Both the position numbers and the translations under genes were made by a program. Of a stretch of DNA of 64,000 nucleotides, positions 1 through 12,724 are shown piece by piece. The stretch's first letter is position 1. Every line of letters begins with the position of its first letter. The stretch comes from Nageia nagi. Taxonomy: Eukaryota; Plantae; Pinophyta. Under the pieces are notes generated by a model, which was not told the DNA's origin, ran no database searches, and was given only the letters and a program-made list of their open reading frames with translations. The stretch is taken from positions 6,262,001 to 6,326,000 of the forward strand of contig JBITNC010000001.1 in assembly GCA_050084985.1 (NCBI GenBank), in the 5' to 3' direction.

Positions 1-960
1 ATTGTTTTGGCCTCATATGGTTATATTCTCCTATTTTTTTGGATTTTACAAAACTATCAAGTTTTCTTTGATATATGTATCTTAACTGGTCCAAATTTCA
101 CACTTTAACTCCTTACTTGTAGCTCCCATCATCATCAAGTTGGCCTCCAACACAAATTTGCACCTAGCAACTATGAAAATTTTAACTGTCAGAAACAAAA
201 TGAGGATTTACCATTTTGTGAGCACCATAACTTCCAAGAATTTAATTCATATTCCTTAAAATTTTAACCACATGTTCACCACAATAGAAGGTACCATTAA
301 TTAAAATTTCAAGCTATGAATCAACTAAGCTACTCCTAGTGAGTTTGTCAATAGAGCCTTCCATTCATATTTTGCATTTTTTTATATTTAACTCCAAATT
401 TTGAAAAGCCATAACTTATAAACCATGGCTCTGACTTATTCCTTGTTTGAAGTATTAGAATCATGGAAGAAAGATCTTCAATAAGGAAGTGACTAATCAA
501 AAAAATTATAAACTTGAAAAATCACCTTTTTTAAGACTCCAAAATCCATTTTGGATCATGAATAGTAAGGATATGAATTATAATCATATAGACCTGAAAC
601 CATAATCTTAGTTAATGAAAATAAATGTGAAATCAAAAATATATTGAATAATACTTGGTTGTGAAAATTACATGTAAGGAAACTTTTGTTGTCCTATAAC
701 TAACATGATTAAATATCTTAACCTATAGTCTGCCTTGGGATTAAATGGTCATCCTATGTTTTCAGTATCTAAATGAGGAGTTCTATAGTAAAATATAGAT
801 ATTTAGATAAGGAGAAAAGGTTCATGAATAAAACTTGAACAATGAGAACATGGAAAAATGTAGATGCAACTTTAAACTAAGACATCTAAAATTGTTTTGG
901 GATGGGTAAGATAATTCGAGACATATAAGTTTAAAATTCTATCTTAGGAAATGAATAGTG

Positions 961-1232
961 CTAAGGTAAAACTAATAATTATACATTCCATGGCCCAATG
1001 GGAGTTAACCATGGAGAGCTTAATATAGGTGCTTTGGAGGATTAAAGGTGATCACATTGCATTAAGATTGTATTCCAAAAAGGGAAATAAATAAGGTAAC
1101 ACTAATAATTATACATTCCATGGCCCAAGGAATGGGAGTTAACAATGGAGAGCTTAATATAGATGCTTTGGAGGATTAAAGGTGATCTCACTACATTAAG
1201 ATTGTATTTCAAAAAGGGAAATAAGTAAGGTA
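961..1232. repeat. Two-copy tandem duplication, ~135 bp unit
   Basis: The block aaggtaa(a/c)actaataattatacattccatggcccaa...ggaggattaaaggtgat...aaaaagggaaataa(a/g)taaggta occurs twice in tandem with a few substitutions and small indels. Confidence 0.85.
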
Positions 1233-1409
1233 GATGAATCTACTTACTGGGTTTATTGTGATTGCAACACCTTGTTAAGTGAAAAAATAAACTTTTTTTT
1301 GTATTAACATCATTATTGTATGCATGAAATAAATAAATAAATTTGTGTAGCCTTTAGTACAAGGGATGTATAAAGATGTCAATAGTCCTTCGAGATGTTG
1401 GCATATTAC

Positions 1410-3030
1410 ACTTGTCAAATGAATTTATGGGCCTTGTTTATTCTTCTACATTTTGCATATATGTCTATCATAGCATTCACACCCATAACATTCAATGCAA
1501 ACCATTTTCAAATACTTTGTTATGGATTTCCATACTAGCTAGTGGAAAAGGCTAAAAGAATACAAGAAAAGATTACAGAGTCTATATTTACACCTAATTT
1601 GCATATGTTTAAAAGTATCCTACAATCATTATAGTCCATGAAACTAATTGCATCATGCATACTGTCAAATAAATTTATGGTCATTATTTATTCTTCTACA
1701 TTTTGCATACATGTCTATCAAAGCATTCATACCCATAACATTCAATACAAACCATTTTCAACTACTTCGTTATGGATGTCCATACCTACTAGTGGTACAA
1801 GTTGGAAGAATACTAGAAAAGATCATAGAGTTTGGATTTACACCTAATATTTACATAGTCTTAAAATTATCCTACAATCATTGTATTCCATGAAACTATA
1901 TTGCATCATGCATCTTATCAAATAAATTTATAGGCCTTATTTATTCTTCTACATTTTGCATACATGTCTATCAGAGCATTTACACCCACAACATTCAATA
2001 CAAACCATTTTCAACAACTTCATTATGGATGTCCATACTAGCTGGTGGCATAGGCTAGAAGAATACTAGAAAAGATTATAAAGTTTGGATTTACACCTAA
2101 TATTTGCATATGCTTAAAAGTATCCTATAATCATTGTATTCCATGAAACTATATTGCATCATGCATCTTATCAAATAAATTTATGGGCCTTATTTATTCT
2201 TCTACATTTTGCATACATGTCTATCAGAGCATTCACACACACAACATTCAATACAAACCATTTTCAACAACTTCATTATGGATGTCCATACCAATTAGTG
2301 GCACAAGCTAGAAGAACACTAGAAAAGATTATAGAGTTTGGATTTACACCTAATATTTACATATGCTTAAAATTATCCTACAATAATTGTAGTCCATGAA
2401 ACTATATTGCATCATGCATCTTTTCAAATAAATTTATGGGCCTTATTTATTCTTCCACAATTTGAATATATGTGTATTAGAGCATTCACACCCATAACAT
2501 TCAATGCAAATCATTTTGGATGTCTACACTACTTGGTGGCATAGGCTATAAGAATACTAGAAAACATTACAAAGTATGGATTTACACCTAATATTTGCAT
2601 ATTCTTAAAAGTATCCTACAATCATTGTAGTCAATGAACCTATATTGCATCATGCATCTTGTCAAATAAATTTATGGACCTTTTTTATTCTTCTACATTT
2701 TGCATACATGTTTATCAGAGTATTCACACCCATAACATTCAATGCAAACTATTTTCAACTACTTTGTTATAGATTTCCATCCCAGCTGGTGGAACAGGTT
2801 GGAAGAACACTAGAAAATATTAGAGAATTTGGATTTGCAACTAATATTTTTATATACTTAAAAGTATATTGATACTTTTCAAAAAAATTCATTTCGTGCA
2901 TATCCTACAATCATTGTATTCCATGAAACTATATTACATCGTGCCTTATGTATTCTTCTATTTTTTGCATACATGTCTATCATGGTATTCACAACCATAA
3001 CATTTAATGCAAACTCATTTTCAACTACTC
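1410..3030 (-). pseudogene. Tandem array (~6.4 copies, ~253 bp unit) of a decayed PLS-class pentatricopeptide repeat (PPR) coding segment
   Basis: Anchor catgaaact or a variant recurs at 1637, 1889, 2142, 2395, 2633 and 2922 (spacings 252, 253, 253, 238, 289). Minus-strand translation gives GVNPNSIIFSSVLLACA..GMDIHNEVVENG..NALIDMYAKC....A..LFDKMHDA.IVSWNTMIVGY, which are PPR P/L/S motifs, with frameshifts. ORF 2879..3064(-) shows MIDMYAK..IVSWNTMIVGYARN. Confidence 0.9.
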
Positions 3031-3832
3031 TTTTATTGAGAAAAAAATTAGAATAGTACAACAAGTCAAGGCTTCTTCATTAAGAAAAAAAATCAAATTA
3101 TTGAGAACCCATACATGACATATAGCAACTTCAGTTGCTAAACATCAAGAAAAACATTACTCAACCATAAACCTCTATAAAATTTGCATTATTAAAATCA
3201 TGCATACTATAAAATATACATCAATTTAAATTGTATATATATTATTGTAGAAAAAAGAGTACAAACATCTCCATTACAAGTCTACTGGTAAAATTCATTA
3301 TGATCATGAATGTATTTATTAAAGTTTAACATTGAATTTATTTCCTATGATCAAAAATTCATTTAGAGTTTCTCCAACATTAATGTGAGTCTTAGCAACA
3401 TCAATCTATGTCTCCCCAACATCATTCTAAGTCTCCTTGCATTAAATTTATCACATATGCTTGAGAATAACAGATGCCTACATCTTGATTCTGATTCTAC
3501 AAGGTCATCTGCAAGAAAGCATAAAATAAGCATTGACACTAGCATTTATAAAAATTGATTTTTATCATAAAAAATTTACCTTGAAATTATTTTGATTTGG
3601 TTTGACAATGCTTTTTTAATCTTGTAAATACATAAAGAGGAAATTTTTGGGCATCACCATTTTAGATCCATTGATTTCATCTCTTGAGTCCCACTCTTCT
3701 TTTTACATGTAGGACTCATCCAACTCCTTTTTCTTTTTAAACAACTTTCACCTACATTAGATTCAAGTGGGAATGCAAATTTGGGATATTGAGCCTATAA
3801 ATCATCAACCATACTTGCAAACTAATTCTCAC

Positions 3833-3981
3833 TTTAGATATATGCATCAATAAGAAATAAGTAGACCGATAGTTATGCATTATTTCCATATTTAAGATAT
3901 ATGCATAAATAAGAAACAAGTAGACCAATAGTGCATTAATTAACCCCCATAAATGATTAATTGCATTATTTCAAGACTACA
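3833..3981 (+). repeat. Remnant (3' ~150 bp) of the 5' LTR of the Tat/Ogre element
   Basis: Matches 12160-12269 (atgcat..ataagaaacaagtagaccaatagtgcattaatta.ccccataaatgattaatt...gactaca). No similarity to the rest of the 3' LTR is visible upstream of ~3833. Confidence 0.8.
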
Positions 3982-3984
3982 TTT

Positions 3985-3997
3985 TGGTGAACCTGAC
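3985..3997 (+). promoter_or_regulatory. Primer-binding site, tRNA-Trp-like
   Basis: TGGTGAACCTGAC lies 3 nt after the LTR end. It is one mismatch from the complement of the plant tRNA-Trp 3' end (TGGTGAACCCGAC), recalled from memory. Confidence 0.65.
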
Positions 3998-6900
3998 TAT
4001 TCAATTTTTCTCACCATATTAGCAAGATCTCGTAAGTTTTGTCATAGGTTTACATCACCAGCATCATGTATCCCAATTTTTAGGCTAATAGCGATGTAGA
4101 AATGGATCTAGCAATCCTTGCCCTAATGCAATAAATGAACAAAAATATGCTCACGATGCAAAAAGCAATCAATACATTGATTGGTATAGGAAGCTCAACA
4201 TCTACTCCTACTATTCAAGCTACACATTCTACCACCTCACAAAAATAAAATCTAGATGAATATGATGGCATATTCACTTCACCCTTGATGGATGATATTC
4301 ATAACTTTCCCCTACCACCTGAGCACAAGGCCCCCAAGTTCAAGATGTTTAGTGGTGAACAAGATCCCAAGAAACATATCATTAGCTTTCAAGAAGAATG
4401 CCTGTTGAAGCTAGGATCAGAGGAGAGATTGATGGAAAAATTCTTCCCAAGGAGTCTGAAAGGGGATGCTAGTCAATGGTTCTACACTCTACCAAGTAAT
4501 TCTATCAATTCTTTCAACACCTTAAATAAAGTGTTCGTAGGCCAATACAAGCACAACATCAACAAGCAAAGCAATGTATATGAGATATGTGCAATTTGAC
4601 AAGGAGGAAATGAAACCCTAGGGAAGTATGTTCCATGCTTCAAAAAGGTATGGTAATCCATTTATAGTAAATTAGATGGACATGAAATTTGTGTTATTTT
4701 TCTTGAATCCATTATACCTATTCTTAATTTGCATGATCCTAGTGCTAAAGATATTAGTTTTGGAGTATTAGTCCAATAATAATTACAAAAAGAGAAGGAA
4801 TTATTAGCTTTAAGTGAGCTTAAGTTTTCACCTAACCCCTTTGTGTGAGACACTAGAAAAACATATGCAAAGAAAGAGGAAAAACCAGTACATATGATGG
4901 ATAGACCTAATTCCCCTCCAAAGATGCAAAGATCTCAAACCATAAAAGAAAATTCATATAAATGTTCGATACAACCATGCATTATTTTGAGGGATGTAAT
5001 GAAAAGAGGAATTTTACATCCCCTTGAGAGTTCTTCCCAAGATGATAATACTCCTATGGGATGCTTTGATGTGTATTGTACTTACCATCAATGAAAAGGG
5101 CATGCTACAAACTTTTGCAAGACATTAGAAGCTACAATATTGGAGCTTGTGGAGAAAAGAAGGTATACAATTGATGAAATTATTTCTAACCAAGGACCTA
5201 TAATTAACATCATTTCAATGTAAAAGGAGGTTTATTCCAACTTAAGAAGAGGATGGCCATGCCAAGTTTCAAATCTGGTCATAATTGAATAAGTATCCCT
5301 CATGATCCTAAAGTTTATAGCATGATTGATCAATTGAAAAATACACTTACTAAAATTAGTTTATATGATCTCATTTCTACATCTCAAGTTCATAGGGATA
5401 TATTATATGCTTTGTTCAAAAATGAAACTATCCCTATTAATATTTCAGTTGCTATGTTTTTTGAAAACATTAGAACCATTAAGGAATGTGATGCTATTTC
5501 TTTTTACAAATATGAAAAGCTTAATCAAGAATTGTTAGATGAATGTTCAACTTTATATATCACACCTATTGTTGATGGATGGGAAGTTAAATGAACAATG
5601 GTGAATAATGGGTCTATTGTAAATGTATGCTCTAATCATTTTTTGATGCAATTGCAATGAAAAGGTCCTAATATTCCTCTCTTAGAAGAAGCTATCTTCG
5701 AGATTAGGGATTATGATAGCTCATCAAAGAAACTTGTGAGAATAGCTACACTCATGATTACTACAGGTGTCAAGACTATAGAACCAAAATTTCAAGTTGT
5801 AGAGTCTAAATTATCATATAAAATGCTCTTGAAGAGACCTTGGATTCATGACATGGATGCAGTCCCTTCAACACAACATGGAAAATTGAAGTTTGAATTC
5901 CAAGGTGAAGTACATATAGTCATGAGAGATCCTAAGCCATATGCACTATGCAATGTTGCCAATTTGGAAGAATTTACCATGCTACCACCATGATATGAGA
6001 TAGAACCCTTGGAATACCCCACATTGACAGTCAATAATGAAAAATAGGTACAGATCATGGAGATAGGCATGGGAACCAACAGAATCGATGATAAAAATCC
6101 ATTTACGTTTGTTAAAAACTTGGGATGGCCTAGGGTATTAGCTATTGAAGGACATCAATGATGTGCTATTCTACTAGTAGGCTACCAATGGTGTGAAAAT
6201 AAGGGAAAAAGTGACCAATCTTGCTCTACCTTATCAAAAAAGGTAAATCATACATCTTCAACTGACATACCATCATCTTTTAATTGGGTAAGATCTTTCC
6301 CTCTTCATTTGTTCACAAGTACATGTTTCAAAATTGCAAATATAAATGGGAGGTTTATAAAAATCTAAACAAGGAATGCCTACTTTCTCTAATACCTCTA
6401 AGACTCAAATGACCAAAATAGGCTTGGGTAATGATGGGAAAATAAAACATAAATGGGGTCCTATTAATTTTATCAAAGAATGCATTTTAATAGAATTATC
6501 AGAAGATATATGTATATGCATGGATTGATGATTCTATACTTATTGAGTTTGATTATTTTAGTACTCATGATGATCTTCTTGAATACTTGGGGGCACATTT
6601 AGAATTGCCCAAATCTAATGACAAATGTAAATCAACTTATATACTTAATGAATATGCTTATTTTGGTCAAGAGATCAATTTTAATGAAGTATTATAGGTT
6701 CAACCATTAGATACAACTAAGGATGAAGTACCATACATAGAAGAATTTCTATCCTTGTTACACAAAAATCTTACATTTCCATAAGAGGAGTTGATACACA
6801 TCAATATTGGCACTTTGGATGATGAGAGATTGTTACAAATTGGAGTAGCTTTCCATATTCCATAACAAGAAAGGTACAAAAATAAGTTTATTGAGCATTC

Positions 6901-9900
6901 TAAGAATTTTTCTTGATCTTATGATGGTATGCTAGGATTAGATCCCTCATTTATTATGCATAATCTACCATTGAAAGAGGGTGTCAAGCCAATCAAACAA
7001 AAACCTAGAAAGATGCATCCTTCCAAGGCCTTATTAGTCAAAAAAGAGATAGAGAAATATTTGAATTTTGGTTTCATAAGGCCTATCGATTATTCCTATT
7101 GGATGGCTAATGTTGTTCCTATCTCCAAACCAACTAATGAAATATGGGTATGTACAAATTTTTGTCATATCAATAATGCTTGTCCAAAAGATGATTTTCC
7201 ATTGCCAAATATTGATATGATTGTTGATAGTATAGTTGGTCATGATACAATATCATTTATGGATGGATTTTCTGGCTATAACTAAATTTTGATTAACCCT
7301 TCTAATCAACTTAAAATAACTTTTACTATCCCTTGGTGTAATTTTTGTTGAATGGTTATACCTTTTGGACCTAAAACTATAGGTGCTATATATCAAAGAG
7401 TAATGGCCATCATGTTTCATGATCATATTCACAAAACCATGCAGGTATACATTGATGATATTCTAATCAAATCCAAGCAAGGATAAAATCATCTAAAAGC
7501 ACTTTAAGAGGTATTCACCATTTTGCAAAAGGTACAAACTAAGACTTAAACCTCAAAAATTGTGCATTTGGAGTTACTTCTAGTAAATTATTAGGTTTCA
7601 TGGTTTCTAATAGAGGAATAGAAGTAGATCCTAAAAAATTCAAATCCATTGTTAGTATGCCTCCACCTAAAAACTTAAAATAATTAAGGAGCCTCCAAGG
7701 TCAAATAAATTCAGTTAGAAAGTTCATTTCCCAACTTGGCGATAAATGTAGACCATTCACTCATTTTCTCAAAAAGGATATCAAATTTGTATGGATGATA
7801 ATTATCAAAAAGGATTTGAGGATATTAAAAGATATTTATTTCATTCTTCCATCCTAGTCCCCATAGATTTTTCAAAACCTTCTTACTTATACATCTTAGC
7901 CACATTATATGCACTAGGAACAATGCTTTATCAAAAAGATATAGAAAATAAGGAAAGAGCAATCTGTTATCTTAGCAAAACTTTGATTTATTATGAGACT
8001 AGATACACTCCTATGGAAAAAAATTGCTATGCTATTATCTTCACTACTAAAAATTAAGGCATTATTTATTATATTGCACTACATTTGTTGTTAGTCCTAT
8101 TAATCCATTGAAATATCTTATGGTTAAGCAACATTTATCAAGTAGGCTTGCAAAGTGGCTGATGTTGTTACAAGAATTTGATATAAATATGGTAAAATAA
8201 AAATCTATTAAAGGCTAAGCAATTGTAGATTTGATAGTACATTTTCCTCAAGATGAAGAGGCAATTATCCATAAAGAATTTCTAGATGAATTTCAAAGTG
8301 ATCCATGATGCCAGAGGCATGCATACAGGATTCATTTAGATCTTGATCCCTAATGACTACATGTGCCTCACAGAAGATGAACCTACTTCTTGGACTTTGT
8401 ATTTTGATGGGTCAAAATGTTCTTGCAGAGCAGGAGAAGATATTATTTTAGTATCTCCTATAAATCAATTTGATAGATACATTATTCAAAATATTCCAAG
8501 AGCTAATAACATATGCATGGATGCAATGGCAAGTGCAACTACATTAGTACTAATTGAAATCGAAGATTAAGAAACCATCCTCACAATTTGTAAAATTAAG
8601 TTATCCTTATTACATAGATCATATGGATGAAATTCAGGCTTGTCTTATTATAGAAGAGAATGATTTTCAAAATTTGTATTTTGATATTTATAATTATTTG
8701 AAAAATCATATACCTCCTAATATATTTGATAGAAATGAAAAAAATGAGATTGAAAAGAAATGCAATAAAATATGTGACAATTTGAGAAGTCTTGTATAGG
8801 ATATCATTTGATGGTGCATTTTTGAGTTGCTTAACACAGGATGAGATAGCTACCACCTTAGAACAAGCTCATGATGGTCTATGTGGTGGTCACTTTCATG
8901 CAAAAGCACTACACCAAAATTTTGAGAATTGGATACTATTGGCCTACTATGGAAGAGGATTGTAAGGCTCATGTTAAAACTTGTTTGCAATGTCAAAAAC
9001 ATGAAAATTTAGAGAAACAACCTACCCAAGAGTTACATTCTATTATTTCTCCATGACCATTCTCTACTTGGGGCATAGATTTGATTGGTATGACTAATCC
9101 TCATTCTATGGAGGGACACAAATTTATCATTATAACTACAGAATTCACCACCAAGTGGGTGGAAGCAATCCCAATGAAATCAGTCACTCAACCTAAAGTC
9201 ATTGCATTTCTTATCAAAAATATCATCATAAGGTTTGGTGTACCACAAAGGTTGATAATGGATAATGGCCCAAATTTCAAAGGTAAAGACATGAAGGCTT
9301 TTTGTAAAAAGTTTCATATTACATAAACCTTTTTTGCTATCTATTACCCTCAAGGTAATGGTCAAGCTAAAGCCACAAATAAGACAATCAAGAGCATAAT
9401 TTCCAAAACATGGGATAAATACAAGAAAGATTGGCATGAGCAATTACCATAGCATTATAGTCATATAGAACCAGTATCCATACCACCACTAAGGCAACAC
9501 CAATTTCATTGGTATATGGAGATGAGGCTATTATCCCACTTGAATTGGAGATTCCATCTCTTAGAATTTTCTTACAGGGTGACATATCCAATGAAGATAC
9601 ACAAAAAGCAAGGTTGTAGCAGTTGGAATCATTATATGAAAAAAAAATCAGAGCCATTGAACATCAAAAGGTATATCATGCAAAAATCAAGAGAGCATTT
9701 GATAAGAAGAACAAAGTAAAAGAATTCAAAATAGGGGACTTACTGTTGAAAAAAAATATCAACAAAATAGTAGCAAATGATGAAGCAAAAGGCAAGTTTG
9801 TACCCAATTGGTTGGGCCCATATGTTGTAATTGATGCAACAGTATCAAGTGCATATAGACTATTATTCATGGATGGTAAAGAAGAACCAAATACATTCAA

Positions 9901-10086
9901 TGCTATCCATCTTAAATAATTTTATGCTTAAAAATTACATCATGCCCATAAAATATAGAATTCATGAGCAAAGGCACATAAACTTTTATTTAAAAAAAAT
10001 ACAAAAAATCCCACAATGCTAGTAGCGTGCACTACAAGTAGGCTGACAACAGCATGGCCAAAAAAAAATATGATCATGATGAAAAA

Positions 10087-10093
<7 letters not shown>

Positions 10094-10140
<47 letters not shown>
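10094..10140. repeat. (AT)n microsatellite preceded by an A-run
   Basis: Uninterrupted (at)n tract. Confidence 0.95.
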
Positions 10141-10143
<3 letters not shown>

Positions 10144-10539
10144 GAACAAAGGAACATGAGGAGTATTATCTCCCCTTCTAAACTTCACTCTACATTCTGC
10201 ACTACATTTCTTGCAACTCTGAATAGCACTATTCTCTTCCATATGTTGTTGATTCATGAATGTTATCCAAATGATGATGTGGTGGATTTGGGTTGTCACA
10301 TATTTCTTGCATGTGACAAGATGGTTTTCCTTACCTCCTTTTTTTAGCTTCAACTAGGGGCAATCTCATATTCAGCTATAAGTATGATGAATTAGCATAC
10401 TTTTCCTATCAAAAGTAAAATAATTTTATTTTAGCAAAATTTAGGGATTCCTACGATGTCAATGGCATAGAAGATTGTTTCCATAGCACCAGTAGCATGA
10501 CAAAAAAAGAGAGAGAAAATAGAAATGAAAGTTCAAATA

Positions 10540-11080
10540 TCTTTGAATCATAGACATAAAAATGTATGATCATAGATGGCCAACGACACGATTAGTGAGA
10601 GTTCACTCACTTAAAATAAAATCAACAATACAACCATGAGTAATTTGTTGACATTGATTCATCATCAATGGATGATACAACTTACTATGTATCCATATGA
10701 TTTTTTCTTTGAACCAATCCAAAGCATACTATCTTTGGATCATAGACATAAAAATGTATGATCATTGATGGCCAACGACATGACTAGTGAGAGTTCACTC
10801 ATTTAAAAGAAAATCGATGATACAATCATGAGCAAATTGTTGACATTGATTCATCATCAATGGATAATACAACTTACTATGTATCCATATGGTTTTTTTT
10901 AACCAATTTAAATCATATTATCTTTGGATCATAGACATAAAAACATATGATTATCGATGGCCAACGACACAGCTAGTGAGAGTTCACTCACTTAAAATAT
11001 AAACCAATGATGTACCCATAAATAGATTACTAATATCAATTAATTATCAATTAATGACACAACTCACTATGCATCCACCA
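10540..11080 (+). repeat. Three ~190-bp tandem repeats in the 3' non-coding region of the Tat/Ogre element
   Basis: tagacataaa recurs at 10551, 10743 and 10932, each followed by gatggccaacgaca...tagtgagagttcactca. Confidence 0.9.
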
Positions 11081-11632
11081 TATATTTATGATTGACACTT
11101 CATTGTAGGTTTCTACATCCTAAAGAGTAGAGGAAAATACATAGATTTCCACATCACCAACGGCATGCATACTATTCCTACAATGTCAAAATCATCCATT
11201 TCATCATCATTCCATATCATTCAAAGTATATCCTCTATGTTTCAAGGCATGAATGTAAGTGTGAATGTTTCTTGAGTATCAAAAATGATAGAATGGCTAG
11301 ATTCATGGTTGAAGCAGTAAAAGGGGCAAAAACATATTTTTCATCTCCAAAATTGGATATGGGATCATATAGCTACCTAATAGCACAGTCATTTCCATCA
11401 TCTACACAACACCATTCCTAGAAATAGATTCTTCATCAAATTTTTCCTTGGTTGCACCATTTAAGGATCATTCCTGGGGATCAAAGCTAAAAGGGGGCAG
11501 CAAGGGACCCTCATCATCATCAACAATAACAAGGGACAGTATAGCAAAGAGTTCATAGTTCTCAAAAAACATTTCTTTAATACTTCTTCTTTTAATTTCA
11601 TTGCTTTAATTACACCTCTAAAGAGAAGAAAA

Positions 11633-12269
11633 TGTAGATGCCTAAAAATGAATTATTATTTATTAAATAATTCATTTTAGAGCCTCAATGATGTATTATG
11701 TAAAAGAGGTTAAATAATACCCTAAGTCATGTCAAAGCTATGTAATATGTCTAGTGGACCCTTGTGGCATGTATAAGGCATAAAAAATATCAAAGTCATA
11801 TATGCATCGAAGATGACCTAAAACACATCCAAAGATCTAAGGGGATCATCTCTAAAAGAAAGGTCATGGGAAAACAAAAATGAGGAGGACTTTAGAGAGA
11901 CTCTATCACATGTTACATCACTCTGTTATGTGTAAATATTATTCATGAGTTATATCTTATGCTTGCTATCTGATGATTCTTTTGTTCGCTCATTGCTACA
12001 TTCTTTATTGCATCTTTATATTGCTTATCTTAAGATATCAACAATGTGCCAAGTATAGGATGCCAATGATGTGCAATTGGATAAATGTATGCTTATCTTT
12101 TGTGTATGTTTATCTTAATGGAATGAACATGCAATGTAATTAAGCACAAGTATCTTTTTGTTATGCATTATAGCCATATTTCATATATATGCATCAATAA
12201 GAAACAAGTAGACCAATAGTGCATTAATTAAACCCCATAAATGATTAATTATATTATTTTGGGACTACA
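11633..12269 (+). repeat. 3' LTR of the Tat/Ogre element
   Basis: Purine tract aaagagaagaaaa is followed by TGTAGATGCC at 11633. The LTR ends ...GGGACTACA at 12269 (TGTAG/CTACA termini). Confidence 0.8.
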
Positions 12270-12724
12270 TATCTGATACATAGATAAGGGAGAAGGCTAT
12301 CCTCTATAATTAATGATGCCATAGAATAAGACAAGCTCATAAAGGAGCTTAAAGTTTAATAGCTAGCTATTAAGTTAAATAATAAAGATAATTATCTAAG
12401 GTATCATACTAACAACAATAAAAACTACATTAGTGAAAATAATACAAATTCTTTCAATTAAAATATACAAGTGAACCAAATCTCCCTCACTACAACTCCT
12501 CAACCAAAATCAATTATTCAAGTAGAACAAGGTCAATCGATTATTATGGTATACATGCTTGCAAAATTTTGAAGAAAAATAGAAAACCCAAACTTTATTT
12601 GATAACATGCATTGTGAAAAAGGCCCATACCTAGAGGAGTTGAGCTTCTGAAATGAGAGGGTAAGAAAATCTAAAAATAATAATTATGGTAGGTTGGTGA
12701 ACATTTTGAAAATTTTATTATACA

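Larger units (their letters stand above)
3833..12269 (+). mobile_element. Degenerate Ty3/Gypsy LTR retrotransposon, Tat/Ogre type (gag-PR-RT-RH-aRH-INT), 5' LTR truncated
   Basis: gag (4285: FFPRSLKGDASQWFYTLP), protease region (~5590-5990), RT (6929: NNACPKDDFPLPNIDMIVD..FMDGFSGYN), RNase H (7791), extra archaeal-type RNase H (WTLYFDGS ~8390), integrase (GYYWPTMEEDC..C..C, FTTKWVEAIP, PNWLGPY to ~9919). Both LTR copies end in gactaca (3981, 12269). Many stops and frameshifts. Confidence 0.93.

Noticed and set aside
1638-2872. Repeated ~80-aa plus-strand ORFs (MHHASYQINLW...) that look like a small-peptide gene family
   Set aside because: They are antisense shadows of the PPR repeats. The three ~80-aa ORFs start at TTG, not ATG, and stops interrupt the same frame in other units.
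10054-10347. 97-aa ORF with KKKKYIYIYI
   Set aside because: The ORF is created by the A-run and (AT)n microsatellite in a TE non-coding region.
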